Positions 10,322 through 19,101 of a stretch of DNA of 64,000 nt are shown here, in pieces (the stretch's first letter is position 1; each line of letters starts with the position of its first letter). Made by a program: the position numbers and the translations under genes. The DNA is from Candidatus Latescibacterota bacterium (lineage in GTDB: Bacteria; Latescibacterota; UBA2968): positions 2,400,001-2,464,000 of the forward strand of contig OZ244960.1 in NCBI GenBank assembly GCA_965222605.1, given 5' to 3'. The notes below the pieces were generated by a model, which saw only the letters and a program-made list of their open reading frames with translations, was not told the origin of the DNA and made no database searches.

Positions 10322-11698
10322 TCACTCCTGCGGCAATTCCTCGGCACTAATATCGATCTCCTCGATCAACCGCGCCAGATCTGCTTCCACTTCTGCCTGC
10401 GCATCGGCATACGCCGGATCGCCGTACACACTCGTCATCTCCCAGGGATCCTTCTCCAAATCGAACAAATCGCGCTCGCCGGTTCGATGTACTGCAAGCG
10501 TATAATTTTGCGTACGCACGCCATAGTGCTTGGTCGGCCCATCCCAATACGCATAAAAAGCCGACTGCCGCCAATCCTCTATCGTCTCTCCCTCGCACAA
10601 AGCGCGAAAACTTCGGCCCTGCACCTCTGCATCGGGTTGCAACCCGGCAAAATCGAGATACGTCGCACCAAAATCCACATTTACCACAATATCCTCATTC
10701 ACCGAACCCGGCGCAATCACCCCCGGATACCGCATCACATAGGGCATGAGAAGCGACTCTTCCAAAATCAACCGCTTGTCAAAATACGAATGCTCGCCCA
10801 AAAACATACCCTGATCAGACGTATATACCACAATCGTATTCTCCGTCAACCCCTCCTCATCCAGATAATCTAGCAACCGCCCCACACCCTCATCAATCGC
10901 CGTAATACACCGCAAATAATCCTTCACATATTTCTGATAAGCCGCGTGAATCTTCTCGGCCGTACTCATCCCCGTTGTATCCAGCCGCCCAGTAGGCCAC
11001 TCCCTTCCCCGCAGACCCTCATCCATCCGCTCGGCCTGCGAGAGCATCGTGCGATGATGATCCTCCAACGCGCTGGACACCTTGTCAAACGGCTTGTACA
11101 AATTCAACGGCTCGGGCACATCCCCATCCGCAAACAAATCCGCATGCCGGGGCGCATATTCCCACAAACCATGGGGAGCTTTGTGATGGCACAGCATCAA
11201 AAAGGGCTTGTCCGGATCGCGCGCCTTCAACCAATTGAGCGACAAATCCGTAATAATATCCGTCGCATACCCCTCATACTGCGTTGGCTCGCCATTGCGC
11301 GTAAACGACGGATCAAAATAAGCACCCTGCCCCGGCAACACCTCCCAATAATCAAATCCATCCGGATCAGACCCCAAATGCCACTTACCCGCAATACCCG
11401 TTTGATAACCAGAAGCCTGCAACTGCCGCACAAAATTGGGATGATCGTCACTCAGAGGTTGATTCAACCGCAACACCCCATTTTTATGACTATATTGCCC
11501 CGTAATAATACTCGCCCTGCTCGGCGAACACAGCGCGTTATTGCATATACAATTATTAAACCGCATGCCCTCTTCAGCAATGCGGTCAATATTCGGTGTA
11601 TCCACCACCTCATTCAGCCATCCGTTATAACAACTGATGGCATTCACGGTATGGTCATCAGACATAATATAGAGAATATTGGGACGCGAATCAGACAT
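10322..11698 (-). CDS. Sulfatase (N-acetylglucosamine-6-sulfatase-like)
   Basis: Start MSDSRPNILYIMSDDH after a GAGG RBS; CSPSRAS, GKWHL, HKAPH, TSDQG.FLGEH..FDKR. Confidence 0.9.
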   Translation of the reverse strand: MSDSRPNILYIMSDDHTVNAISCYNGWLNEVVDTPNIDRIAEEGMRFNNCICNNALCSPSRASIITGQYSHKNGVLRLNQPLSDDHPNFVRQLQASGYQTGIAGKWHLGSDPDGFDYWEVLPGQGAYFDPSFTRNGEPTQYEGYATDIITDLSLNWLKARDPDKPFLMLCHHKAPHGLWEYAPRHADLFADGDVPEPLNLYKPFDKVSSALEDHHRTMLSQAERMDEGLRGREWPTGRLDTTGMSTAEKIHAAYQKYVKDYLRCITAIDEGVGRLLDYLDEEGLTENTIVVYTSDQGMFLGEHSYFDKRLILEESLLMPYVMRYPGVIAPGSVNEDIVVNVDFGATYLDFAGLQPDAEVQGRSFRALCEGETIEDWRQSAFYAYWDGPTKHYGVRTQNYTLAVHRTGERDLFDLEKDPWEMTSVYGDPAYADAQAEVEADLARLIEEIDISAEELPQE

Positions 11699-11723
11699 AA
11701 AAATTTCCTCCATATTTACACGA

Positions 11724-12032
11724 TTAGACATACACAATACTTTCTTTGATATTCTGAGCAACGTGCGGAATTCGAATCCCTTGAATACCAGCATCTGTCA
11801 GGACATCTACCCGTTTGCCCAGGATAGCCTCAAGATATTCGCTAAACTCAATGAACCGAAAACCTATTGGATGTTCAAATTCCACAACAAGGTCAATGTC
11901 ACTCGATTCAGTGGGCGTGCCTTTCGCATAAGACCCGAACAAACCAATTCTCTTAACCCCGTACTCAGACGCCAGATACGGACTGTTTTCCAAGAGAATA
12001 TCTGCGATTTTTTCTTTTGTCAACATCGCCAA
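11724..12032 (-). CDS. Minimal nucleotidyltransferase (MNT/MntA-type antitoxin), apparently orphan
   Basis: GLFGSYAKG...SDIDLVVEF...GKRVDV, the GSx10DxD motif. No HEPN/DUF86 partner follows it. Confidence 0.88.
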   Translation of the reverse strand: MAMLTKEKIADILLENSPYLASEYGVKRIGLFGSYAKGTPTESSDIDLVVEFEHPIGFRFIEFSEYLEAILGKRVDVLTDAGIQGIRIPHVAQNIKESIVYV

Positions 12033-12336
12033 TTTCTACCTTTCGTGATAAATTTTAAACCGATGTTCCCGCGCAAACTGTCCCGCGTGATCCTGGCCAA
12101 AACCAAAACGCGGATTATAATGACAAAAAATCCAATCCCTCGGATCGCCTCGCTCGCCCCGCAACTGAGGCGAAAAACTCCGCCCATCACACGGCATCCC
12201 TTCTGGAATGGGCGTATCGGCCAAATCCATCAGCGTCGGCAAAAAATCGCTAAAATCCACCAGATCATCCAACACCGGCGTTTTATATGTCGTACTCCCA
12301 TAACAACTCAAACACTCAAAACCCATATCATCTGCC

Positions 12337-12480
12337 GTGACTACTCCCAACGCTAACGCTCTCTGCGAGTGGGCTTCTTGGCAGTCAAGCCGCCTGACGT
12401 TGTAGCCCCAACGTCAAAATGTTTATGGCAGCATTGAGGTCTCTGTCTGCTGTATAGCCACACTTTTTGCAATGATGCAC
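12337..12480 (-). ncRNA. Predicted TnpB omega/reRNA scaffold (5' boundary approximate)
   Basis: TnpB guide RNAs are known to overlap the tnpB 3' end and the element right end. Here the end reads GAAGCCCACTCGC...GCGTTGGGAGTAGTCAC. Transcription is inferred, not observed. Confidence 0.55.
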
Positions 12481-13509
12481 ACGCTGGGAGAGTTTTTTCT
12501 TTTCTCTATGTCCACATGCCGAGCAATCTTGTGACGTGTATTCAGGCTTGACGGCCTTGAATCCAATACCAGCCTCTTCCGCTTTGTATTCGAGACAGTG
12601 CCGAAACAGGGACCATGCTGCGTCTGCTATTGATTTAGACAATCGCCTGTTCTTTTGCATTTTCTGGACTTTCAATTTTTCGACGGCTATGAAGCCGTAG
12701 CGATTGACCATTTTTCTTGATTCTTGATGGGCAAAGTTATGCCGCTTATTACGGATACGCTCATGCACTCTGGCAATTATTTTACGACGCTTTTCTTTTA
12801 CAACGTCAGTCTTGGGTCTTTTTTTCACTGCGTCCCATTTGCGCTGTGCTTTGGCAAGCGTCTTTTCCTCTTTGCGAAAAAATCGCTGGTTGGCTATTGC
12901 CTGTCCTTCACTGGTTACAGCAAAGGAATTGAGACCCACGTCAATGCCAACAGCAGAGTTAGTATCGGTTTTCTTACTTATGTCGCCAATATCACAAGGG
13001 ATAGATGCAAACCATTTACCCGTCGCCGTGCGAGTGATAGTGCAAGACTTAGGAATACCTTCAAGTGGTCTGTGCTGGACAACGCGAATACAGCCTATTT
13101 TGCTCAATCGCAAGCCCTTGCCGTCCAATCGGCAACCATTGGAAAACTGAGGATAGGTGATAGAATCATAGCGATTCTGTCCCTTATATCTGGGAAAGCC
13201 AGCTTTCTCGCCAGTCTTTGCCCTCTCTTTGACGCGACGAAAGAAACCTTTGAACGCCAAATCCACTCTTGCTGATACTTGTTGCAATACCTGACTATAT
13301 ACTTGCGTAAATTCAGCATGTTGTTGCTTCAGCAATGGTATCGTATTCGTCTGGTCATACTGGGACAAAGACTTATTCTCGTTTTTCCATGCTTGCTTTC
13401 TGGCGCAGAGGAGTTGATTGTAGAGAATGCGACATTCGTTAATATGCGCCAGCAAGATTCTTTCTTGCTTTTTCGTTGGTCGCAATCTATATTTGAATGA
13501 TTTAACCAT
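12385..13509 (-). CDS. tnpB: RNA-guided endonuclease TnpB
   Basis: FKYRLRPT HTH start; RuvC-I GIDVG, RuvC-II AVEKL, zinc finger CSACG...CKKCG, RuvC-III DRDLNAA all intact; 374 aa. Confidence 0.95.
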   Translation of the reverse strand: MVKSFKYRLRPTKKQERILLAHINECRILYNQLLCARKQAWKNENKSLSQYDQTNTIPLLKQQHAEFTQVYSQVLQQVSARVDLAFKGFFRRVKERAKTGEKAGFPRYKGQNRYDSITYPQFSNGCRLDGKGLRLSKIGCIRVVQHRPLEGIPKSCTITRTATGKWFASIPCDIGDISKKTDTNSAVGIDVGLNSFAVTSEGQAIANQRFFRKEEKTLAKAQRKWDAVKKRPKTDVVKEKRRKIIARVHERIRNKRHNFAHQESRKMVNRYGFIAVEKLKVQKMQKNRRLSKSIADAAWSLFRHCLEYKAEEAGIGFKAVKPEYTSQDCSACGHREKKKLSQRVHHCKKCGYTADRDLNAAINILTLGLQRQAA

Positions 13510-13515
13510 AATAAA

Positions 13516-13544
13516 AATATATATTTATGTTCCGTTTCTGTCAA
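13516..13544 (-). promoter_or_regulatory. Sigma-70 promoter of tnpB, probably giving a leaderless mRNA
   Basis: TTGACA-N17-TATATT on the minus strand. The -10 ends 6 nt before the ATG and no SD sequence is present. Confidence 0.6.
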
Positions 13545-13820
13545 GTAAAACCAAAGGACGAATCTTGTTGATTCACCGCCCACATTGCCTTGTGCAATGT
13601 GCCGCCATGCTAAAGCACCACCCCATAAGCATGTCCCTGCGAAAGCAGGGATTCGCAAGCCCTTATATCCCAACGCTAAAGCTGTTGGGTTTTACGGGCT
13701 TGAAGGATAATCAGCACAATATTCGGTCTCGCCATACGCTCCTCCATTAAATAAACCTGAGCCAATTTAATGCGACAACATCTCTATATCAACTGTCTTC
13801 TGGCACCACTATGAATCTGG

Positions 13821-13850
13821 TTGACACACCAATGCCACAGATGATACCAT
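13821..13850 (+). promoter_or_regulatory. Putative sigma-70 promoter
   Basis: TTGACA-N18-TACCAT with an extended TG, upstream of the PhyH fragment. Confidence 0.4.
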
Positions 13851-13894
13851 ATATTTATCGTGGAAACAGAAGAACAAAGGGAAGGGCACGCAAA

Positions 13895-14107
13895 ATGAAC
13901 ATTTCGCTCACTTCAACAGAACAAAGCTCTGGTGAACTGGCAAAAGACAATTTGGCAAATGCGATAGAGGCAATTCGAAAAGACGGCTATGTCATCATCG
14001 AGCAGGTGGTGGATCACGCGATACTCGACGCCCTCAAAACACGTTTCGAATACCTGTTTGAAATGGCGTGCAGAAAGATAAAAAAAGATCCCATGCGCGG
14101 CGTCTAA
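13895..14107 (+). pseudogene. Truncated PhyH-family N-terminus
   Basis: AIEAIRKDGYVIIEQVVDHAILDALK is a typical PhyH start. The ORF stops after 70 aa without any metal motif. Confidence 0.65.
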
Positions 14108-14126
14108 TCCGCTTCATTATCCCCAA

Positions 14127-15650
14127 TCACCAGGGATTCGTCGCATCCATCTCCCACTTCATAATGTCACTCACAACAATGGACCCATCCGAAGCGAACA
14201 CCCGAACCTGGTCACTATCCTCTCGAGTCGGATACACTCTTTGAACCATACAAATCTGAGAATTGACAAAAATCTCCATCACCGATCGATCGACAAACAC
14301 ATGGAAGCGCAATAGTCCTTCGCTTCGTGGTTCAAATGGCACGATCTGCTTCATCGAGCAGACAGCCTCACCTTCCAACATTGGATAAGCGAGATCATCT
14401 GCAAGACTCGCATCCGAAAAATCGATGACAAATTCCTTCTTTGTCCCGTCGTAGGTAATGACGGTCTTTTCCTGACAGTCGGGAGAGCAAAGCAGCTTGA
14501 ACCCAAAAGTGTTTGTATCTCCAGAATCGATAGCAAACTGCAATTCCATACAGTTACCACTCAATTCTTCCAAAACAATTTCCTGTCCAGCCGTTACCTG
14601 CACCGAATCGACGGAACGCTCGTCGAATCTCAATGCTTGAAGTTCCTCAATCGGACGAATCTCGAGGCGATTATTCGCATCGGGAATAAAATGCCACGGC
14701 AGCGTCATGATGCTGCCCCACCCGTACTTTGACAAACTCCTACCCTCCCGGATCCACCCCCAGAAAATCCTCCGCCCGCGATCGTCAACGAGGGTTTCAG
14801 GACCGGCAAGAAGGCCCCCGAGATAGCTCAGCTGACCGTTCTCCTCAGGGTAGAATTGCTCATTTTCATATCGGCCGATGTAATACTGACATTTTGGAAA
14901 TGGCTTGTGGGTATGCATCACCAGCATATGTCGATCGCCAAACGGAAAAAAATCCGAGCAGGCGCAATCCTCGACCTCATCCGTCCACTTTCGATCCGAT
15001 TTGTAGAAGGGCCCGACGTACTCCCAACTTCTCAAATCCTTCGACTTGAACAGACTTGTGGAATCCCCTTCATACCCGGGCCGGTGGTTCTTGTTCCCGA
15101 TAAGCGCGTAATAAGTATCCCCTTCCTTCCAACCGCTGGGATCAAAGATCACGCATTCCGGATAGGGAGCGTCGGGCTTCAGCGTGTCCGTCACGCGATT
15201 CCAGCCTGCATCAATGGGAATGACTGGATTCTCATCGAGCGGGACCCAATGGTCGAGCCGGTCATCGTGACACTGGTAAATGCAGATCCCTTTGCGCGGC
15301 ATATTGGTGATGATCGTCGGAACTTCACATCCTTCCATCGCGTCGCCGCTGTTAAAGTAATCTCCCTTCTTGCCTTCAAGCGGCTCTCGCAGAGATGCTT
15401 TGTGGTAAGTCCAGTGAAGAAGGTCCCGGCTTGAAATGTGCTGCCAACTGGAAAAATCCCTCTCACCAGGTCCATTTGCAATCTTTTGCAGATACCCGAT
15501 ATGGTATCGCCCATTCCAGTAGATCGCGCCATTCAGGTCATTCCACCGACCTTCTGGAGGTAAAAAATGGAATCGCGGTCGATGTCGATCGGCAACCATC
15601 CTTTCCCTGGACTCATAGACGTCCATCAAAAAATCATCATAATTTTGCAC
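14127..15650 (-). CDS. Glycoside hydrolase family 32-like protein with atypical catalytic motifs
   Basis: HRPRFHF.P...WNDLNG, SRDLLHW, FDP, SKDLRSW, CACSDFF, GRRI.WGWI, VDRSVMEIF...RVYP (propeller plus beta-sandwich). Confidence 0.85.
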   Translation of the reverse strand: MQNYDDFLMDVYESRERMVADRHRPRFHFLPPEGRWNDLNGAIYWNGRYHIGYLQKIANGPGERDFSSWQHISSRDLLHWTYHKASLREPLEGKKGDYFNSGDAMEGCEVPTIITNMPRKGICIYQCHDDRLDHWVPLDENPVIPIDAGWNRVTDTLKPDAPYPECVIFDPSGWKEGDTYYALIGNKNHRPGYEGDSTSLFKSKDLRSWEYVGPFYKSDRKWTDEVEDCACSDFFPFGDRHMLVMHTHKPFPKCQYYIGRYENEQFYPEENGQLSYLGGLLAGPETLVDDRGRRIFWGWIREGRSLSKYGWGSIMTLPWHFIPDANNRLEIRPIEELQALRFDERSVDSVQVTAGQEIVLEELSGNCMELQFAIDSGDTNTFGFKLLCSPDCQEKTVITYDGTKKEFVIDFSDASLADDLAYPMLEGEAVCSMKQIVPFEPRSEGLLRFHVFVDRSVMEIFVNSQICMVQRVYPTREDSDQVRVFASDGSIVVSDIMKWEMDATNPW

Positions 15651-15679
15651 ACAGTCTCCTTCCTGTCATACATCACACC

Positions 15680-16504
15680 TTATTCACGAATCGGCCCCGG
15701 ATACGGACACACCTTCCCATTGCGGATGAGCATCCCCCGGTCGGCCTGATTCGCCTTTTCAGCCATTTCATCGAGAAACGTGATCATGACACCGCCCCAT
15801 CGCGTGCGGTCGCTCGGATTCGGGGGACTCATGTGCCACATGTGAGAATGCCAGACCACGGCATCGCCCGGTCCCAGCGGCACCGGCTCAGGCGTCCTAT
15901 CAGCCGGAAGCTCACGCGGAACCTCGGGATGAAGGCTGTCTTCATACAAGACGTGTTCGATCACTCCTCCTTTGTGTGACCCCGGCATGACGTGGAGACA
16001 GCCATTCTCCAGATCTACGGCCTCAAGTGCTACCCAGCAATTAAAATGTCGTCGCTTATATTCCCTGATTCCACGCGATGGATCGCGCTCCCACAGCCAG
16101 ATGTCCTGATGCCAGGGCGTCGCCTCACCCAGCCGAGCCGGTTTGGTGAAAAAGCGCGTCCCCTGAACGCGAATATTCTCACCCAGAAATCGCCGATTGA
16201 GCGCAACGACGTTTTCCGATGAGAGCCACTCCTCCCAGAGAACCCGGCTATAGAGGTTGCGGTCGCCCACAGCACGTACAGCATCTGCACCGTCCAGATC
16301 TGCGTTGTCAGACCGCCTTCTATCCGGGTTGAACCATTCCACCTCTCCAGCGACAGCACGTTCAATCTCGCTTCGCACCGCCTCAACGGCTTGGTCCGTG
16401 ATAAGGTTTTTGACCACAAAAAATCCGCGATTTTCCAACTGCTCCTCAGCATCTTCGGGTATAGAAAACATACCCATATCCGCTACTCCTTCCTGGTGGG
16501 TCAT
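15680..16504 (-). CDS. PhyH-family dioxygenase
   Basis: TPWHQD, WVALE....NGCL.VMPGSH, HMSPPN.S...R. The start could alternatively be 16477. Confidence 0.9.
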   Translation of the reverse strand: MTHQEGVADMGMFSIPEDAEEQLENRGFFVVKNLITDQAVEAVRSEIERAVAGEVEWFNPDRRRSDNADLDGADAVRAVGDRNLYSRVLWEEWLSSENVVALNRRFLGENIRVQGTRFFTKPARLGEATPWHQDIWLWERDPSRGIREYKRRHFNCWVALEAVDLENGCLHVMPGSHKGGVIEHVLYEDSLHPEVPRELPADRTPEPVPLGPGDAVVWHSHMWHMSPPNPSDRTRWGGVMITFLDEMAEKANQADRGMLIRNGKVCPYPGPIRE

Positions 16505-17913
16505 CGGCTGGCCGGGCTACCAGTTTCATAAATCAGTTGGACTTTGCTTAACGCAGGCTCATTGTAGCGTTTCATCTGGGCGATCAGCTCAGTTTTAAAA
16601 TTCTCAGCAATCTCTTTGTATTCGGGATCGGTGTATAAGTTGACCAGCTCATCCGGGTCCTTATGCAGATCATACAACCAGGGATCGTCAACCTGTGAGA
16701 GAACCAATTTGTACCGCTGGCTAATAGCTGTCACAGTGTTTGAAGCGGCACTGGTCATATAGACAATGCGATCGTCGTCCACCACCTTTTCGCTACTGAG
16801 AAACGCCGCAGAATCATTTAACCCATGGGCATTTGGTATTTGATCCTCAATCCCCATAATGCCCAGAATCGTCGGGCCGAAATCAACCGTCGTATAGGCA
16901 GTGTTCACAACTTTCCCCGCCGCAATCTTCTCAGACCAGCGAATCACAAACGGAATCTTTGCACTGCCCTCGTAGGGCATCCCCTTGTTGTGGCGTCTAT
17001 GTTCGCCCATCAGGTCGCCATGATCGGCGGTAAAGATTACGATCGTATTCTGATCCAACCCCCTATCTTCCAGATCTGTCAGAATGCGCCCCACATTGTC
17101 ATCGATGCATTTGACCATACCAAAATACCTCTGCATCTGACCCTGATTCAGTTCATAGGCCGTATTATTGTCTCCAATCCGGTGCCATTTCGGCATTTTT
17201 TCCACGGGAAAATCCATCGTGCGCGGATTTTGAAAAACCATGTCTTTGTACATAGTGTCGTAGGGCGCGCGAACCATGTTTGGCCCGTGCGGATCTGGGA
17301 TAGAGACCATAATGCAAAAGGGTTTATTCTGGTCGCGTTCGATAACTTCCAGGGTCCGGTCAGCCAACCAATCTGTTGTAAACGATTTTTCGTCGGCACC
17401 ATCTACTCTGCTGGCAGGTTCACCGATGTTGTTCGTTGCCGCAACATAGGGCGTGCCGTCCTCTCTTAGCCCAAGTTTCTTCCAGTGACCGCGGTTCCAC
17501 ATATACCGATTGTCCTCAAAACCGAATTTGTGCTCTGGCGCAAAGCCAGGCTTGGCTCCGCCACCCAGATGCCACTTGCCGAGGTATGAGGTGGCATAGC
17601 CCTGGTTTTTGAGCACTTCGGCAAAAGTGGTCAGCCCCTCTTTCAAGGGGATATCGTTTTTATAGACGTCGGTGGCAATCGGATAAAGGCCGGAAACAAA
17701 AGAGGCACGCGAAGGCGAGCAAACAGGCGACGACGAATAATAACTGTCGCAAATAGCACCGTCCCGGGCGAGCGAATCAATATGAGGCGTATCTACTTTA
17801 ACACCTGGTCCCCAGATAAACGCCTGATCGTCCGTCATCAGATCGCGATAGCAACCCAATGTGCGAAAGTTGTGTTCATCGGTGTGAATAATCAACAGAT
17901 TCGGCTTACTCAT
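16501..17913 (-). CDS. Sulfatase (Cys-type)
   Basis: PNLLIIHTDEH, CSPSRAS, GKWHL, PDPHGP, TADHGD; AGGAG RBS. Confidence 0.92.
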   Translation of the reverse strand: MSKPNLLIIHTDEHNFRTLGCYRDLMTDDQAFIWGPGVKVDTPHIDSLARDGAICDSYYSSSPVCSPSRASFVSGLYPIATDVYKNDIPLKEGLTTFAEVLKNQGYATSYLGKWHLGGGAKPGFAPEHKFGFEDNRYMWNRGHWKKLGLREDGTPYVAATNNIGEPASRVDGADEKSFTTDWLADRTLEVIERDQNKPFCIMVSIPDPHGPNMVRAPYDTMYKDMVFQNPRTMDFPVEKMPKWHRIGDNNTAYELNQGQMQRYFGMVKCIDDNVGRILTDLEDRGLDQNTIVIFTADHGDLMGEHRRHNKGMPYEGSAKIPFVIRWSEKIAAGKVVNTAYTTVDFGPTILGIMGIEDQIPNAHGLNDSAAFLSSEKVVDDDRIVYMTSAASNTVTAISQRYKLVLSQVDDPWLYDLHKDPDELVNLYTDPEYKEIAENFKTELIAQMKRYNEPALSKVQLIYETGSPASR

Positions 17914-18046
17914 TTAGGTCTCCTTTTGAGAATTCTCTGATTGCTTTGTGGCTGGTTTGCTTCAGTGGCTGACAGCGATTCGAATCCGAGCGGTTTTTTT
18001 TTCTCTTCATTTAGATATTCACCGACCATGATATGCTGTGGGCCTT

Positions 18047-18904
18047 TCATTTACTTTGCAGAGCCTTATCCATCTGCGTAATCGGTGATTTTGCTGGTTC
18101 AATAGGACGAATAATCTTTCTGCGGGCAGGCGTTAATCTCGCCACCAATTCATCGGAGTATTCATACCCGAAACGATCTCTGGTCCAAGAAGACGAATAG
18201 CGATAGATCAATGCACGACGTTCCCCTTCATTGGTCCGCACACTTGCGCCGTGAATCAATGCATCTGTAAAAAGAACAGCATCGCCTGCATTGAGGTGCA
18301 TTTCCTTTAAATAGGGCGTCAGTTTCGTTTCCTCAACCGCAGTCTTATGTCGCCCATTCTCCTGCTCGAAAATCAAAGGATTAACCACATTGCATTTATG
18401 CGATCCAGACACAATCATAGTACCTCCATCCCCTGGACCAATATCGTTCAGCGCAAGCAGAACATTGAAATTGCCACAATAGAAATTATCGTTATGATAT
18501 CGAAAACTGGTGCGATAACTCCTGTTGTGCCCGCCAGAATGAACAGGTACATAGCTGCCTTTCCGACTGACAGACAGATGGTTAGCCCAGATGTATAACC
18601 CATCATTATCGACATAGCGCTTCACATACTCAAGCCAGTTGGGATTATCGATCAACGCCTCAAAAGCTGGTCCACCCTCAATAATATTCGCAAACTTAAT
18701 ATCGGGACCCTGTACAGGTTCGGGATCGCTACCGCGAACATGGCCGATCCATTTGTGTCCGGCCTCGTGTAAAGTAACCCATTCATCGACCGTCTCATTA
18801 ATCTCCGCAATCAGCTCTGAAGAAACCACATTCTTCAGAACGAGATATCCCTGAAGGTCAAAAAGATAGTCATCCCATTCAGTGGGTGCAGGAACCTGTG
18901 TCAT
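18047..18904 (-). CDS. PhyH-family dioxygenase with HxG metal motif
   Basis: YLFDLQGYLVL, HSGG, GGTMIVSGSHK, AGDAVLFTDALIHG, ERR. Confidence 0.85.
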   Translation of the reverse strand: MTQVPAPTEWDDYLFDLQGYLVLKNVVSSELIAEINETVDEWVTLHEAGHKWIGHVRGSDPEPVQGPDIKFANIIEGGPAFEALIDNPNWLEYVKRYVDNDGLYIWANHLSVSRKGSYVPVHSGGHNRSYRTSFRYHNDNFYCGNFNVLLALNDIGPGDGGTMIVSGSHKCNVVNPLIFEQENGRHKTAVEETKLTPYLKEMHLNAGDAVLFTDALIHGASVRTNEGERRALIYRYSSSWTRDRFGYEYSDELVARLTPARRKIIRPIEPAKSPITQMDKALQSK

Positions 18905-19101
18905 ATCTTCTCCTTTCGCCCTTGTTTATCAATCCACGCGAATACTCCACGCAAACTCATCTAAAACACTGAGGCCCCCAGTGTGCCCAGATCCCAATCG
19001 AAACCACTGAGGGCAATTGTGCTACTGCAAAAATTTTCACGTCGCCTCAAACTCTGTGCTGAAATGTTTTAATTCAGCATCTGCCATATAATCTCCTTTT
19101 T

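Larger units (their letters stand above)
12337..13706 (-). mobile_element. IS200/IS605-family element, tnpB only (IS1341-like), 1370 bp
   Basis: Removing 12337-13706 restores ...CTG ATT AT|G GCA GAT GAT ATG (LIMADDM) with no target duplication. Left-end hairpin CCCAAC-AGCTTTAGC-GTTGGG; right end finishes GGGAGTAGTCAC. Both ends share TTAGCGTTGGGA. Confidence 0.9.
12036..13735 (-). pseudogene. Sulfatase remnant split by the IS and internally deleted
   Basis: GGAGG RBS, then MARPNIVLI (13735-13707), then the IS, then (M)ADDMGFECLSCYGSTTYKTPVLDDL joined directly to C-terminal VDFSDFLPTL...DGRSF. The active-site region is absent. Confidence 0.85.

Noticed and set aside
13510-13706. tnpA remnant in the IS leader
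   Set aside because: No HUH or Y1 motif is recognisable in the ORFs covering this region.
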